64,000 nt of DNA from an uncultured Planctomycetota bacterium (GTDB taxonomy: Bacteria > Planctomycetota > Planctomycetia > Isosphaerales > Isosphaeraceae). Below, piece after piece: positions 1-12,200 of the stretch. Where the stretch lies: positions 1,216,001 through 1,280,000 of the forward strand of contig CAWGMQ010000008.1 of the NCBI GenBank assembly GCA_963823665.1, in the 5' to 3' direction. The notes under the pieces were generated by a model. It was not told the DNA's origin. It ran no database searches and saw only the letters and a program-made list of their open reading frames with translations. Both the position numbers and the translations under genes were made by a program. The stretch's first letter is position 1. Each line of letters begins with the position of its first letter.

Positions 1-7
1 TCCGGGC

Positions 8-2965
8 ATGTCGCGACGAATCTGGCTGAGCGCGATCGTGGTGATCATGCCCACGGTGCTCCTGCCTCGCGAGGCTTTCGCGCAAGCAGCTCGTCCCCGC
101 GCGCGCGTTCCCTGGACAAGCTCGCGCTTCGCCGGCACACCCGACCCGCCGCCCCCTTTCACCGTCGCTCTCGCCTTTCCGAAACTGAAATTTGAATTCC
201 CGGTCGTGCTCGTCCCGGCCCAGGGAACGAGCCGGCTGTTCGTGGGTGAGTTGAAGGGACGCGTTTACTCGTTTCTCGATGATCCGGCCGAGCAAACGCC
301 CCGCCTCGCACTCGACTTGAACAAGGTCCATCCCGACTTCTCCGCGCTTTATGGTCTTGTATTTCATCCTCGATTCCAAACAAACCGGTATGTCTACATT
401 TGCTACGTGCGACGGAATGACGTGCCGGATGGATCAGTCGTTTCCCGATTCACCGTGAGCCGTACCGAGCCCCCGGTGATCGATCCGCAGAGTGAACAGG
501 TCATCCTCAACTTCTGGTCCGGAGGCCACAACGGCGGCTGCCTCGTTTTCGGTAAAGACGGATATCTTTATATTTCGACCGGCGACGGCGCGAGCCCGTC
601 GCCGCCGGACCCGAAGATGACAGGGCAGGACTGCTCGGATTTGCTTTCGAGCATCCTGCGGGTGGACGTGGATCGGTCGCAACCGGGCAGTGCGTATTCG
701 ATTCCGGCAGACAATCCGTTCAAGGACCTTGCGGGAGTCAGGCCCGAGATCTGGGCGTTCGGATTCCGGAACCCATGGAGGATGAGCTTCGACCGCAAGA
801 CAGGCGATCTATGGGTGGGTGACGTCGGCTGGGAGCTGTGGGAGCTGGTTGATAAAGTCGAGCGGGGCGGGAATTACGGATGGAGCGTGGTCGAAGGGCC
901 GCAGCCGGTCAACGTCGAAGCCAGGCGCGGGCCGACACCCATCCTGCCCACGACGAAGGCACATCCTCACTCGGAAGCGGCTTCGATCACCGGCGGCTAC
1001 GTCTACCGCGGCACAGGGCTGCCCGAGCTCACAGGTGCCTACATTTACGGCGACTTTCAAACCGGCATCATCTGGGCGCTGCGCGAAACGGGGGGAAAGG
1101 TTACCTGGCAGACCGAGCTGGCGCGGACGCCGCTCCACCTCGTGGCGTTCGCCGAAACGGACGGCGGCGAGCTCTTGCTGGTCGACCATGATCGAACGCA
1201 TCAGATCTACAGGCTGGTTCCTTCTCCTCCCAGCACATCTCGCAACACGTTTCCGCGCAAGCTGAGTGAGAGCGGGCTTTTCGCCTCGATGCGCGAAGGA
1301 AGACCTGCACCGGGTGTGTTGCGCTACGAAATCAACTCCGAGCTCTGGTCGGACGGGGCGGTCGCCGAACGGTTCCTGGCCATTCCGGGAAGCGGAACGA
1401 TCGGCGTCGATGGACAAGGCTTCTGGCAGTTTCCCGAAGGCTCGGTGCTGGCGCGGACGGTGTCACTCGAGCTCGAGCCCGGCAAGCGGGAAAGCCGCCG
1501 CCGGGTCGAAACCCAGATCCTGCACCGCGAATCCGAGGCCTGGCGGCCATATTCGTATCTCTGGAGCGATGGGCAGGACGACGCGGAACTGGTCGACGCA
1601 GGGGGTGCCACTCACACGATTACTGATGGCGCGCCACAGCCGCACAAGCGAACGTACCGGGTTCCCGCGCGGTCCGAGTGTGTCTTGTGCCATAACCCCT
1701 GGGTCGAGAAGAAGACGACGGTTTTCGGCATCCAGTCGGCGTCGCCGCTGGGGGTGAATATCGCCCAGCTCAACAAGCCGATCAAGCACTCCGGCCACGG
1801 AACGAACCAGCTCGCCGTCTTGCATGAGAGCCGGCATTCTGGCGTGGAAGCCGGACGTCGCAAAACTGCCCAGTCTGGTCAACCCGTACGACGAATCGGC
1901 CGATCTCGACCGCCGCGCGCGATCCTATCTCCAGACGAATTGCGCGCACTGCCACCAGTTCAACGCCGGTGGTACAGCGAACATCGCGCTGGGATTCGAA
2001 GTCCCGCTTCCTGCTACGCAGACCGTCGGAATCAGACCGATCCAGGGAACGTTCGGCATCGCTGCGGCCAGGATCATCGCGCCAGGTGATCCCGCGCGGT
2101 CGATTCTGTATTACCGCATGTCCAAGCTGGGCGGCGGACGAATGCCCCGCGCTGGCTCAAATCAGGTCGACGAGCGCGCGACGCGAATGATCGCCGATTG
2201 GATCGAGCGACTGAGCGTCCCTGGCGGAGCACCGGACGGGGCGGCGGTGCTTTCAAAGGAGGACCGCGACGCAATCGCCGCTTTGCGGGACTCCGATCAG
2301 CTTTCAGCCCAGCGCGCACGGCCGCAGTCCGCCGATTGGCCGAAACGACGCGCGGGGCATTGATGCTCCTGGGATTGATCGATCATGGAGCGGCTTCGTC
2401 TCCGCTCAGAAATGATGTCGCGGCGATCGCTCGCACGAGCCCGAGCGTGGAAGTCCGCGACCTGTTCGAACGATTCATTCCCGAGGAAGAGCGAGCAAAA
2501 AGGCTCGGTGACGTGATCGACCGGCCGAGCATCCTGGCGCTGGCCGGCGATGCGGCTCGTGGAAAGCTGGTCTTCACCGCCAATTCGGCCGCCCAGTGCA
2601 AGACATGTCACAAGGCCGGCGAGGTGGGCGAAACGGTGGGCCCGGACCTGAGTAAGATCGGCGCAAAGTACGACAAAGCGAAGCTGCTCGAGCAGATCCT
2701 TGAGCCGTCAAAGTCGATCGACCCAGCCTTCATCACCTATCTGCTCGAAACGAAAGACGGCCAGGTCATCTCGGGCTTGGCCGTCGAAAAGACAGCGACT
2801 GGCGTCGTGCTCAAGGACGCGCAGGGCAAGACGGTACGCCTGGCCAACGGCGAGATCGAGCGGATGGTTCCCCAGTCTCGATCGCTCATGCCCGAGCTGC
2901 TGCTCCGCGACCTCACGGCACAGCAGGTCGCCGACCTGCTCGCATTTCTGGCCGGGCTGCGGTGA
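8..2965 (+). CDS. PQQ-type glucose/sorbosone dehydrogenase beta-propeller fused to c-type cytochrome and heme-binding domains; two frameshifts (~1825, ~2310)
   Basis: HNGGCLVFGKDGYLYISTGDG, GFRNPWRMSFD and SITGGYVYRG propeller motifs; CxxCH motifs CVLCH, CAHCH, CKTCH; GPDLS...ILEPS...SLMP tail; spread over ORFs 8-2089, 1824-2363, 2198-2965. Confidence 0.85.
2822..2965 (+). repeat. Left copy of 144-bp duplicated gene end (island boundary)
   Basis: Aligns without gaps to 32746-32889; 24 mismatches by manual count; 40/47 aa identical. Confidence 0.9.
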
Positions 2966-3082
2966 TCTTCGCTCAGCCCAACTCGGCATTCCAAGCCGGT
3001 CAATCGCCAGCAAGTTCCTCCCCGCGCAAGCTTGCGCTCGCCTTCGTGTCCCAATCGTGGGAACAGCTCGAGCAGACCCCCC

Positions 3083-3205
3083 AAAACGTCGTCATCGTCG
3101 TCATCTCCTTGCAGCAACAGCACTTACGAATGACGACGTTTTTGAGGGCGAAAAGCGACTCGAAGCAACTCCTGAGCCCGTCATCACTTGCGAATGACGA
3201 CGCGG
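3083..3205. repeat. Iteron-like CGTCGTCAT cluster with 13-bp inverted repeat
   Basis: AAAACGTCGTCAT (3083-3095) / ATGACGACGTTTT (3130-3142); further copies near 3096, 3179 (partial) and 3196. Confidence 0.6.
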
Positions 3206-3715
3206 TATCGCTTGATGCGATGGTCGCGATCAAGCCATTCGCCGCCCCCGATCGTGGGCCCGGTACTCTTCGCCGACTCTCGCTCCCCCGACATCGCGCG
3301 CCCCACCTGCCCAAAGATTCCCATTTTTCTCCGGTACCCCCCCGTTCGGTCCCGCGCTCACCGCCGATCATCGCGAGACAGAGAAGAACGACGGCGTTCA
3401 CCAGTGTCATCGAGGGTGTGGAGTTACCTTCACTTCCATTGACCCAGGCCGCAAAGCGTGATCACGCAACATATTGGCACTGAATCCGACACCTGGTGGG
3501 TCCATTTTTCGGGCTCCGCCCAGGGAGGCGTTCGTTTTGTAGATTTGTCGCGCGTCCTTACGCCACAAGGCTTACGGGAACGGACACGCGCACTTTTGAC
3601 CGCGAGCCACGGGTCAAACTCGAACCGTCCCTCGCCCGCACGATCTCCCAGAGACAGAGTTGGTCCCGCGCGCCGACTCAACAGGCCTGGCTGTTTCTTC
3701 GTAGGGTGGGTGCAA

Positions 3716-5262
3716 CTACCCCTGTGAACATGCAGATGCGAAATTAGCTAAACTGTGATTCTACTATGCTTTGATCCCTTTGTTCCCGCGGCAGGGGCTC
3801 CGCGGGACTTGTCCAGGAGCTTCTTGGTGGCAACGTGATGAATCCTGCTCCCGGAAGTCTTTTTGGTCTTCCTGGGCTTCTTCGGGCCCCGTCGCGATCG
3901 GAGCATCCGGTCCACGGGCACCTTGGCGGCCAAGGCGCTGAGCAGTCCGGCCACTTCGCCCGCCACGCAGCCGTCCAGAAACGACCAAACCGACGGTGGT
4001 GCGGCAATCATCATCCCGGGGTAAACCTCGGCGATGTCATTGACCAGGGCGTGATTCGACACCTCATTGACCATCTCGTCGCCGTGGACCGCTCGCAGAT
4101 TCCCCTTCAAGACGGCCAAGCCGTTTCCGGCAATTACAGACATGGAGAAGCCGAACAGAGCTGCTCGAGGGTATCCCAGCGTGGGGATTTCGCAATGCAG
4201 AAGGTCGGTCAACTTCTGGAAGTGCTTCTCAATTTCCCATCGTCCGCAGTAGGCCTGGCAGCACAACTCCGCCGAGGCCGTGTCCGGGAGGTTAGTTATC
4301 AAGATGATCTCGGTCTCCCCGTCGCGGGTGGGTTGGTCCAACCTCAAGACGATCCGTCGCAGGCGATAGCGACGCCCCTCGCATTCCGGATCATCGACCC
4401 AGATTGCTTGCTCAAGAATCTCGCCGGCCTTGCAGCGTCCGACCGACCGCAACGGCTTGATCGCCTGGAACGGCATGGTGGAAGAATGCCAGCGGACCAA
4501 GAAGAACGCTTCGGTTCGCAGGATCCGAAACACGAAGCTCCGGACGCAGAAGTTACGATCCATGATCCAGAGCTGGCCCGGCGCGATGACCACCTGATCC
4601 AGCAGCGAGCGCTCCTGGGTGTGGGCGTTCTCCTCAAGGATGAGGTCGAGCACCAGGCCACTGACCGGCTCGTAAATGGCCAGCGACATGCCCGGCAGGG
4701 CCGCCGAACGAGTCGAGCGCAGTTCATTGATGCGATGATCGGTCCCTGTCAGGATATTGCCGTCGAGGATCCTTGCTGTATATCCCGGGATCGGCTCGGG
4801 CAGGAGGCAATCAGCAGCGGAGATGAGTTCGCGGGCTCGACTGGCGGTCTCTCGTACGATGGCGGCGGCTACGCCAGGTTCCATCCGACCCAGCTTGCGG
4901 TAGAAAGCGGACAGCGAAGCCACGAGGTGCAGTTGGCGCTTCAGGAATGCCTCCCGCGGGGAGCGCCGAAAGCCGCAGGCGACATCACACATCACCTGAA
5001 CGAAATGACCGAGCAAAAATTCTCGCGTGTATTGTCCCTCGGACACCTCATCAAGAATGGGGTCAATCGAAGTGCGTTCGATCATCCAATCCAGGGCGAT
5101 CCGGGCCATGACCGCCGGAGCTGCCTCCTCCGCGAATGGGTCGAGTTTGGATGGGAGAACCATTGGACCTCCTTGTCCGGACGAATTGATCCAGCGCGAA
5201 CCTACCAATCCTTTTCGGCAAAAGAGGTTATGACAATTAAATCTGCATGTTCACAGGGGTAG
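3716..5262 (-). mobile_element. IS4-family insertion sequence, 1547 bp
   Basis: 22-bp terminal inverted repeats CTACCCCTGTGAACATGCAGAT; 10-bp target duplication GTGGGTGCAA at 3706-3715 and 5263-5272. Confidence 0.92.
3748..5163 (-). CDS. IS4-family DDE transposase
   Basis: ILDG, IMDRNF and YCGRWEIEKHFQKL (YREK-like) motifs; GGAGG RBS before ATG at 5163. Confidence 0.92.
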   Translation of the reverse strand: MVLPSKLDPFAEEAAPAVMARIALDWMIERTSIDPILDEVSEGQYTREFLLGHFVQVMCDVACGFRRSPREAFLKRQLHLVASLSAFYRKLGRMEPGVAAAIVRETASRARELISAADCLLPEPIPGYTARILDGNILTGTDHRINELRSTRSAALPGMSLAIYEPVSGLVLDLILEENAHTQERSLLDQVVIAPGQLWIMDRNFCVRSFVFRILRTEAFFLVRWHSSTMPFQAIKPLRSVGRCKAGEILEQAIWVDDPECEGRRYRLRRIVLRLDQPTRDGETEIILITNLPDTASAELCCQAYCGRWEIEKHFQKLTDLLHCEIPTLGYPRAALFGFSMSVIAGNGLAVLKGNLRAVHGDEMVNEVSNHALVNDIAEVYPGMMIAAPPSVWSFLDGCVAGEVAGLLSALAAKVPVDRMLRSRRGPKKPRKTKKTSGSRIHHVATKKLLDKSRGAPAAGTKGSKHSRITV

Positions 5263-5322
5263 GTGGGTGCAACCCACCATCCATACTAACCCGAAGCGTA
5301 AGCGAGGATTCCGGTTAGTCTC
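5263..5322. repeat. REP-like palindromic elements (IS target remainder plus ACTAACCCGAAGCGTAAGCGAGG half-site)
   Basis: Pre-insertion site reconstructs as GTAG-GGTGGGT-GCA-ACCCACC hairpin; adjacent unit at ~5285-5307 resembles a planctomycete REP type. Confidence 0.6.
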
Positions 5323-5740
5323 GCTCCCGCATCGTGCTAGCTCGCGGACGGTGTTACCCCCAATTGAACCACGCCCGGGATTTCGCCATTCCAGACCGCT
5401 TTTCATCAGGCCGGTGTCCCGCGCAATCGAGGCAGACATTCCTTTGAAGCAACGTCGGCCGAGCATAGTGAACAAGACCCCCGATCAAAGGTGGCGCTTT
5501 GATGCAACCCGCGCCACGGGGTAGCCGACGAGCCAAAAAGCCCGTCGCCGACTTCCGATCCTCTTGTATCACTTCGACATGCGGAACGACCTCAACAGCC
5601 GCCGCCCCCCGCGAAGAGTGGCGCAAAATGGCGCGTTTGGGCCGAGTCAAAGCATTCGTACAGTACTGTATGCCTCCCGTCAGGGAGGTGCCGCCGCAGC
5701 CGGCCGAGGGGCGGCCGGGCGCACACGAAAGCCATACTCC

Positions 5741-5792
5741 CTCTCCTGCTCATACTCGTACTTGTACTCGGATTCGTATTCCTACTCCTACT
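5741..5792 (+). repeat. Degenerate hexamer tandem repeat (TACTCG-like)
   Basis: TACTCG TACTTG TACTCG GATTCG TATTCC TACTCC TAC. Confidence 0.6.
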
Positions 5793-6019
5793 GATGGGCC
5801 GGCCAGCGCACACGGAAGCCGCCGGCCCCCGTTGTCGCCGCCCAATCAAGCAAGCTTTCGAGTGAAAATGCCTCAAGGCGATCCAGCTCCGTTTGACATA
5901 AAAAATGACGGTACTCTTGGCCGCTACCCTAGATGATCTACAAACGCTCCGATTTTTTTGCGCAAAACATGTGGTATTCGTCCAATTCGAGCGAGATTTC
6001 TCTGCCCATGCATTGCTCC

Positions 6020-6189
6020 GACATGCCATACGACAGAATACGAACGGGTTGCCGCAGGTGAGCCTCAACCATCACACGCTCGAACGCCGCAAAGTCGGAC
6101 TCCTTGCGGAACATATGCATCAAGCCGACGGATCGGTTCAGGACGTGATAGACAAAGCCTCCAGGTGCCACTCTCGCTGTACTTGGCAT
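6020..6189 (-). pseudogene. N-terminal fragment of REP-associated Y1 tyrosine transposase (RAYT)
   Basis: MPSTARVAPGGFVYHVLNR...FRKESDFAAFERV...VRILSY, breaking off before the HUH motif. Confidence 0.75.
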
Positions 6190-6274
6190 GACAACATCTG
6201 CTCACAGAACTGAACGCTTCCGTCAATACTATTCGCGTCCCTGTTTCCGTCCCCGTAATCTTATTAGGTAGAGA

Positions 6275-9200
6275 GTTTCAATCCTTGTTGTCGTGGATCT
6301 CGGTCAACTGCGGCCGAAGTCACTCAGGCATCTCGTCGCGCCAGAAGGTTTCAATCCTTGTTGTCGTGGATCTCGGTCAACTGCTCGCCGCCCAAAGATC
6401 CTGCCGAATCGCTGCGGAAGAAGTTTCAATCCTTGTTGTCGTGGATCTCGGTCAACTGCAAGAAGATCGCCAACCCTGACGCGCGCCCGGTGATGTTTCA
6501 ATCAGTGTTGTCGTGGATCTCGGTCAACTGCTGCTCGGGATCACTGTTGAGTGTCCGAAACTTGGGAGTTTCAATCCTTGTTGCCGTGGATCTCGGTCAA
6601 CTGCGCCAACGAATCGCAGCTCTCAAGACGACCAGCAGAGTTTCAATCCTTGTTGTCGTGGATCTCGGTCAACTGCACGATGCCGCGATGGCCCAGGCTT
6701 TCTGGGCCTATGTTTCAATCCTTGTTGTCGTGGATCTCGGTCAACTGCTTGCGGCCTTCGGCCTGAATCAGGGCAGCGTGGCGAGTTTCAATCCTTGTTG
6801 TCGTGGATCTCGGTCAACTGCACGCTGCTCGGCAGCAATCAGATTTCCGTAACGTGGTTTCAATCCTTGTTGTCGTGGATCTCGGTCAACTGCCCCGGTC
6901 AAACTCAAGCAAGCCTCTCGAGCCAAGGTGGTTTCAATCCTTGTTGTCGTGGATCTCGGTCAACTGCAATATCCCTCCACTGGTCGGGGAATCGCGGATC
7001 GGGGTTTCAATCCTTGTTGTCGTGGATCTCGGTCAACTGCAGCAAACACGTTGCCGGGGAGATCGCGTGTGCTTGCGAGTTTCAATCCTTGTTGTCGTGG
7101 ATCTCGGTCAACTGCTCGTTCTGCGCCAGGGCCAGGGCGGCCTCCTTGGCGTTTCAATCCTTGTTGTCGTGGATCTCGGTCAACTGCCCGGATCATTGGA
7201 TGCGACGCTCGCGACCCAGTCAGGTTTCAATCCTTGTTGTCGTGGATCTCGGTCAACTGCCTGATTTACATCTCCGAGGGCGAGGACGAATCCAAGTTTC
7301 AATCCTTGTTGTCGTGGATCTCGGTCAACTGCCGGAGAGCTAATCGCCCAGAACATGGCCGGCATCGGGTTTCAATCCTTGTTGTCGTGGATCTCGGTCA
7401 ACTGCGTTCCGGCGCTCCCGTCCGGCCGCTCGAGGGTTTGGTTTCAATCCTTGTTGTCGTGGATCTCGGTCAACTGCACCTGAAGGGGTTTGCCTTCGGG
7501 AAAGCCGCTTGGGTTTCAATCCTTGTTGTCGTGGATCTCGGTCAACTGCAAGGCGACGAGCACTGGATTGACGGCACTCGTAAGAGTTTCAATCCTTGTT
7601 GTCGTGGATCTCGGTCAACTGCCTGTGCCCCTAACCCCGATTGGCCCAGCGCCTCGAGTTTCAATCCTTGTTGTCGTGGATCTCGGTCAACTGCGCGAAG
7701 AAACGGCGGGTGGCACGGAACAGCAGACCGGGTTTCAATCCTTGTTGTCGTGGATCTCGGTCAACTGCCCCGCGCACGCCACCGAAGCGGCTGCCGAATC
7801 AGAAGTTTCAATCCTTGTTGTCGTGGATCTCGGTCAACTGCCTGGCACAGTCGCGGGATGTCCTCTGGTTTCAGGTGTTTCAATCCTTGTTGTCGTGGAT
7901 CTCGGTCAACTGCTCGCATCAGCAGTCAGATCCGAGGAACTCCCAGATGTTTCAATCCTTGTTGTCGTGGATCTCGGTCAACTGCCGCTGCGCCGATCGC
8001 CGTCCATAGACCCGATCCTGAGTTTCAATCCTTGTTGTCGTGGATCTCGGTCAACTGCTTCTCTGCACCTCGCGCGACGAGCTCGCGTTTACCTTGTTTC
8101 AATCCTTGTTGTCGTGGATCTCGGTCAACTGCACGGCCTGCTCGAGATTCGGGCTCACTGGATCACCGGGTTTCAATCCTTGTTGTCGTGGATCTCGGTC
8201 AACTGCGCTCGGAATAAGCTGATTGAGGTCAGAAGAGCCGAGTTTCAATCCTTGTTGTCGTGGATCTCGGTCAACTGCGGGATCTCTGACGCTTTCTGCG
8301 GCAGCTACCCATATGTTTCAATCCTTGTTGTCGTGGATCTCGGTCAACTGCGCTGGACGAACATTAGTCTCTGATGCCCGCACTGGCGTTTCAATCCTTG
8401 TTGTCGTGGATCTCGGTCAACTGCAAGTAATTCGTAATTGTCCGAAAACTTGCATGGAAGTTTCAATCCTTGTTGTCGTGGATCTCGGTCAACTGCCGCC
8501 GCCTCCTCCACCCACTGCCGTTGATCGATCCAGTTTCAATCCTTGTTGTCGTGGATCTCGGTCAACTGCGGCGTCGCCATCGCACGGCCTGACTACGCCT
8601 CCATGATGTTTCAATCCTTGTTGTCGTGGATCTCGGTCAACTGGCGCGGTCACGATCCGGGCCCGGGAGCTGGATGTAGTTTCAATCCTTGTTGTCGTGG
8701 ATCTCGGTCAACTGCCCCGATCACATGCGTCCCTACCGGTAATGGCGTGGGGTTTCAATCCTTGTTGTCGTGGATCTCGGTCAACTGCGCGCGGGCCGCG
8801 CATCGCGAACCCCTACAAGGATCGGTTTCAATCCTTGTTGTCGTGGATCTCGGTCAACTGCCCCAGCAGGCCATGCAACTCGCGATCACCGCCCAGATGT
8901 TTCAATCCTTGTTGTCGTGGATCTCGGTCAACTGCCCGTACAACCACCATTTCTCGACCAGCTTTGTTATGTTTCAATCCTTGTTGTCGTGGATCTCGGT
9001 CAACTGCGCCGGTCAAGCTCCTCCTGCCGGGCCCGTTGCTCGGGTTTCAATCCTTGTTGTCGTGGATCTCGGTCAACTGCCCCTGCCCCATTTGCCTAAC
9101 CCGAGGGGGGAACCCAGTTTCAATCCTTGTTGTCGTGGATCTCGGTCAACTGCACCTGGAACCCCTGCGCCCGAAGCTCGAGCAGATTTTGTTTCAATCC

Positions 9201-12200
9201 TTGTTGTCGTGGATCTCGGTCAACTGCCAGCACAGGGGCGGCAGTGCTCATCTACGACAACGGTTTCAATCCTTGTTGTCGTGGATCTCGGTCAACTGCG
9301 GCGGGCACCGCCCCCGAAGTCGCCAAGGAGAAGCTGTTTCAATCCTTGTTGTCGTGGATCTCGGTCAACTGCGCGCGGCTGACGGTCGCCTCAGGCCTCA
9401 GCGAGCAGTTTCAATCCTTGTTGTCGTGGATCTCGGTCAACTGCCCGAGCGCCGGCACAACGAATGTACTCGTCAACGGGGGTTTCAATCCTTGTTGTCG
9501 TGGATCTCGGTCAACTGCACGTCGGTCGGGGTGAGTGGTCCGCTGCCGATGTCGGGTTTCAATCCTTGTTGTCGTGGATCTCGGTCAACTGCGGCTCTTG
9601 AGGTGCTCGGATCGGCGCAGCTAGATCGGTTTCAATCCTTGTTGTCGTGGATCTCGGTCAACTGCATCGATATCTTCCACCACAAAGAGCGTCCGGTCTG
9701 GGTTTCAATCCTTGTTGTCGTGGATCTCGGTCAACTGCACGTTTGCGGTGTCAGGGCATTCTTTGCGGTTTCGGTTTCAATCCTTGTTGTCGTGGATCTC
9801 GGTCAACTGCACGGCCCGGAAGCAATCGAGCGATGGAACGGCATGGGGTTTCAATCCTTGTTGTCGTGGATCTCGGTCAACTGCCTGCCTGTTCCGCCTT
9901 CCACTTCTCCCACACTTCACGGTGTTTCAATCCTTGTTGTCGTGGATCTCGGTCAACTGCGCTCGCGTGGGGGTGGTTGTGCGGGCCACCGGCACAGGTT
10001 TCAATCCTTGTTGTCGTGGATCTCGGTCAACTGCAGGGGGGATCATCGCTCATCCTCTTCAGGGCGCTTGGTTTCAATCCTTGTTGTCGTGGATCTCGGT
10101 CAACTGCCGACTAACTGACCTTCGTCGTCGTGATCGTGGGAAAGTTTCAATCCTTGTTGTCGTGGATCTCGGTCAACTGCATTCGTCGGCACCTACGCCG
10201 ACTGGCAGGCCCTGAGGTTTCAATCCTTGTTGTCGTGGATCTCGGTCAACTGCCAGATCAAAGTTCATGCTGGCCTCGCTGTTAGGGGGTGTTTCAATCC
10301 TTGTTGTCGTGGATCTCGGTCAACTGCCCGGGGGCGTCCCGTCTCACGCGCACGTTGTCGCCTGGTTTCAATCCTTGTTGTCGTGGATCTCGGTCAACTG
10401 CACGAATGTTTGGTGGTTATCACCGACGCCGGATTCAAGTTTCAATCCTTGTTGTCGTGGATCTCGGTCAACTGCAACTGTCGGAGCCGAATCCCATTTG
10501 CGAGCGGATGAGGTTTCAATCCTTGTTGTCGTGGATCTCGGTCAACTGCCTTGGCTATCTCGATTGCGACGAACGTTGAAAATGGGTTTCAATCCTTGTT
10601 GTCGTGGATCTCGGTCAACTGCACGTGAACCGGCTTTTGGCTGTGGATAAGCCGTTGAGGTTTCAATCCTTGTTGTCGTGGATCTCGGTCAACTGCAACC
10701 TTATCGGCTCGGCACCAGGCCCGGTTTAGGAACGTTTCAATCCTTGTTGTCGTGGATCTCGGTCAACTGCATGAGCGCCGCGAGCCACGGCACTTACTTC
10801 AACCGCGAGTTTCAATCCTTGTTGTCGTGGATCTCGGTCAACTGCTTGCGGGTTCGGTCACGAATGCCATCCATCTCCTTGGGTTTCAATCCTTGTTGTC
10901 GTGGATCTCGGTCAACTGCCGTCGATCGTTTTAATCGAGGATGTCGATGCGTTGTTGTTTCAATCCTTGTTGTCGTGGATCTCGGTCAACTGCAGGTGGA
11001 GCCTACTTCGCTGGCCTGACGCTCAGCTAGTTTCAATCCTTGTTGTCGTGGATCTCGGTCAACTGCTTGACGTGATGATCGGCGACCCGTCGTATTCCGG
11101 GTGTTTCAATCCTTGTTGTCGTGGATCTCGGTCAACTGCCTCATCGGCCAGGCGCAGCAGCTCCCCATACTTGATGTTTCAATCCTTGTTGTCGTGGATC
11201 TCGGTCAACTGCCTTGCGGATTCCGGAAGGTAGGCCGTTACGATCGGGGTTTCAATCCTTGTTGTCGTGGATCTCGGTCAACTGCCGCTGTAGCAGGTTC
11301 CTGGCGTCCCTCCGTTATTCGGAGTTTCAATCCTTGTTGTCGTGGATCTCGGTCAACTGCCAGACCCAGGCAGCACGGGCCATGATTGGCCCAAATAGTT
11401 TCAATCCTTGTTGTCGTGGATCTCGGTCAACTGCAAATGGGCCCATCCACCCCAAGACGGGGAGGCCAGTGTTTCAATCCTTGTTGTCGTGGATCTCGGT
11501 CAACTGCTTCCGCCAGCTCCCCCGAGTCCGCCCCTGCCCCAGGGGTTTCAATCCTTGTTGTCGTGGATCTCGGTCAACTGCTGGATGTACTCAGCGACCG
11601 TGAGCGCACGCTCTTGATGTTTCAATCCTTGTTGTCGTGGATCTCGGTCAACTGCCGGACCCGTCCGCCTCGGCGTTGACATCGCCCTGGGGTTTCAATC
11701 CTTGTTGTCGTGGATCTCGGTCAACTGCCCGGGCGAGCGCGTAGAGCTCGAGCCGGGATATGTGGAGTTTCAATCCTTGTTGTCGTGGATCTCGGTCAAC
11801 TGCGCCCCATTGGAGCTCCACAATGACGCCACCGAATAGGTTTCAATCCTTGTTGTCGTGGATCTCGGTCAACTGCTGGAGGAACTGATTGATGAGCGAC
11901 GAGAGCGAGAGGTTTCAATCCTTGTTGTCGTGGATCTCGGTCAACTGCGAAATCGGACGCCGCGCGGCACAGGCTGGCGATTGCGTTTCAATCCTTGTTG
12001 TCGTGGATCTCGGTCAACTGCGATTATCTCGTTCCATTCCTTGCCCGAAGAGAAAAGGTTTCAATCCTTGTTGTCGTGGATCTCGGTCAACTGCATCGAC
12101 TCCATCGAGCCTTACGGCGAAGCGCAAAATGTTTCAATCCTTGTTGTCGTGGATCTCGGTCAACTGCACGACCACGTTCTCGCCCCAAAATGAGCGTAGT

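Noticed and set aside
3000..3747. Assorted ORFs left of the IS
   Set aside because: No motifs or clear RBS; treated as degenerate mobile-element DNA
3835..5262. Long antisense ORFs (e.g. 3835-5262, 41182-42507, 62486-64000)
   Set aside because: Shadow frames of real GC-rich genes, with no motifs
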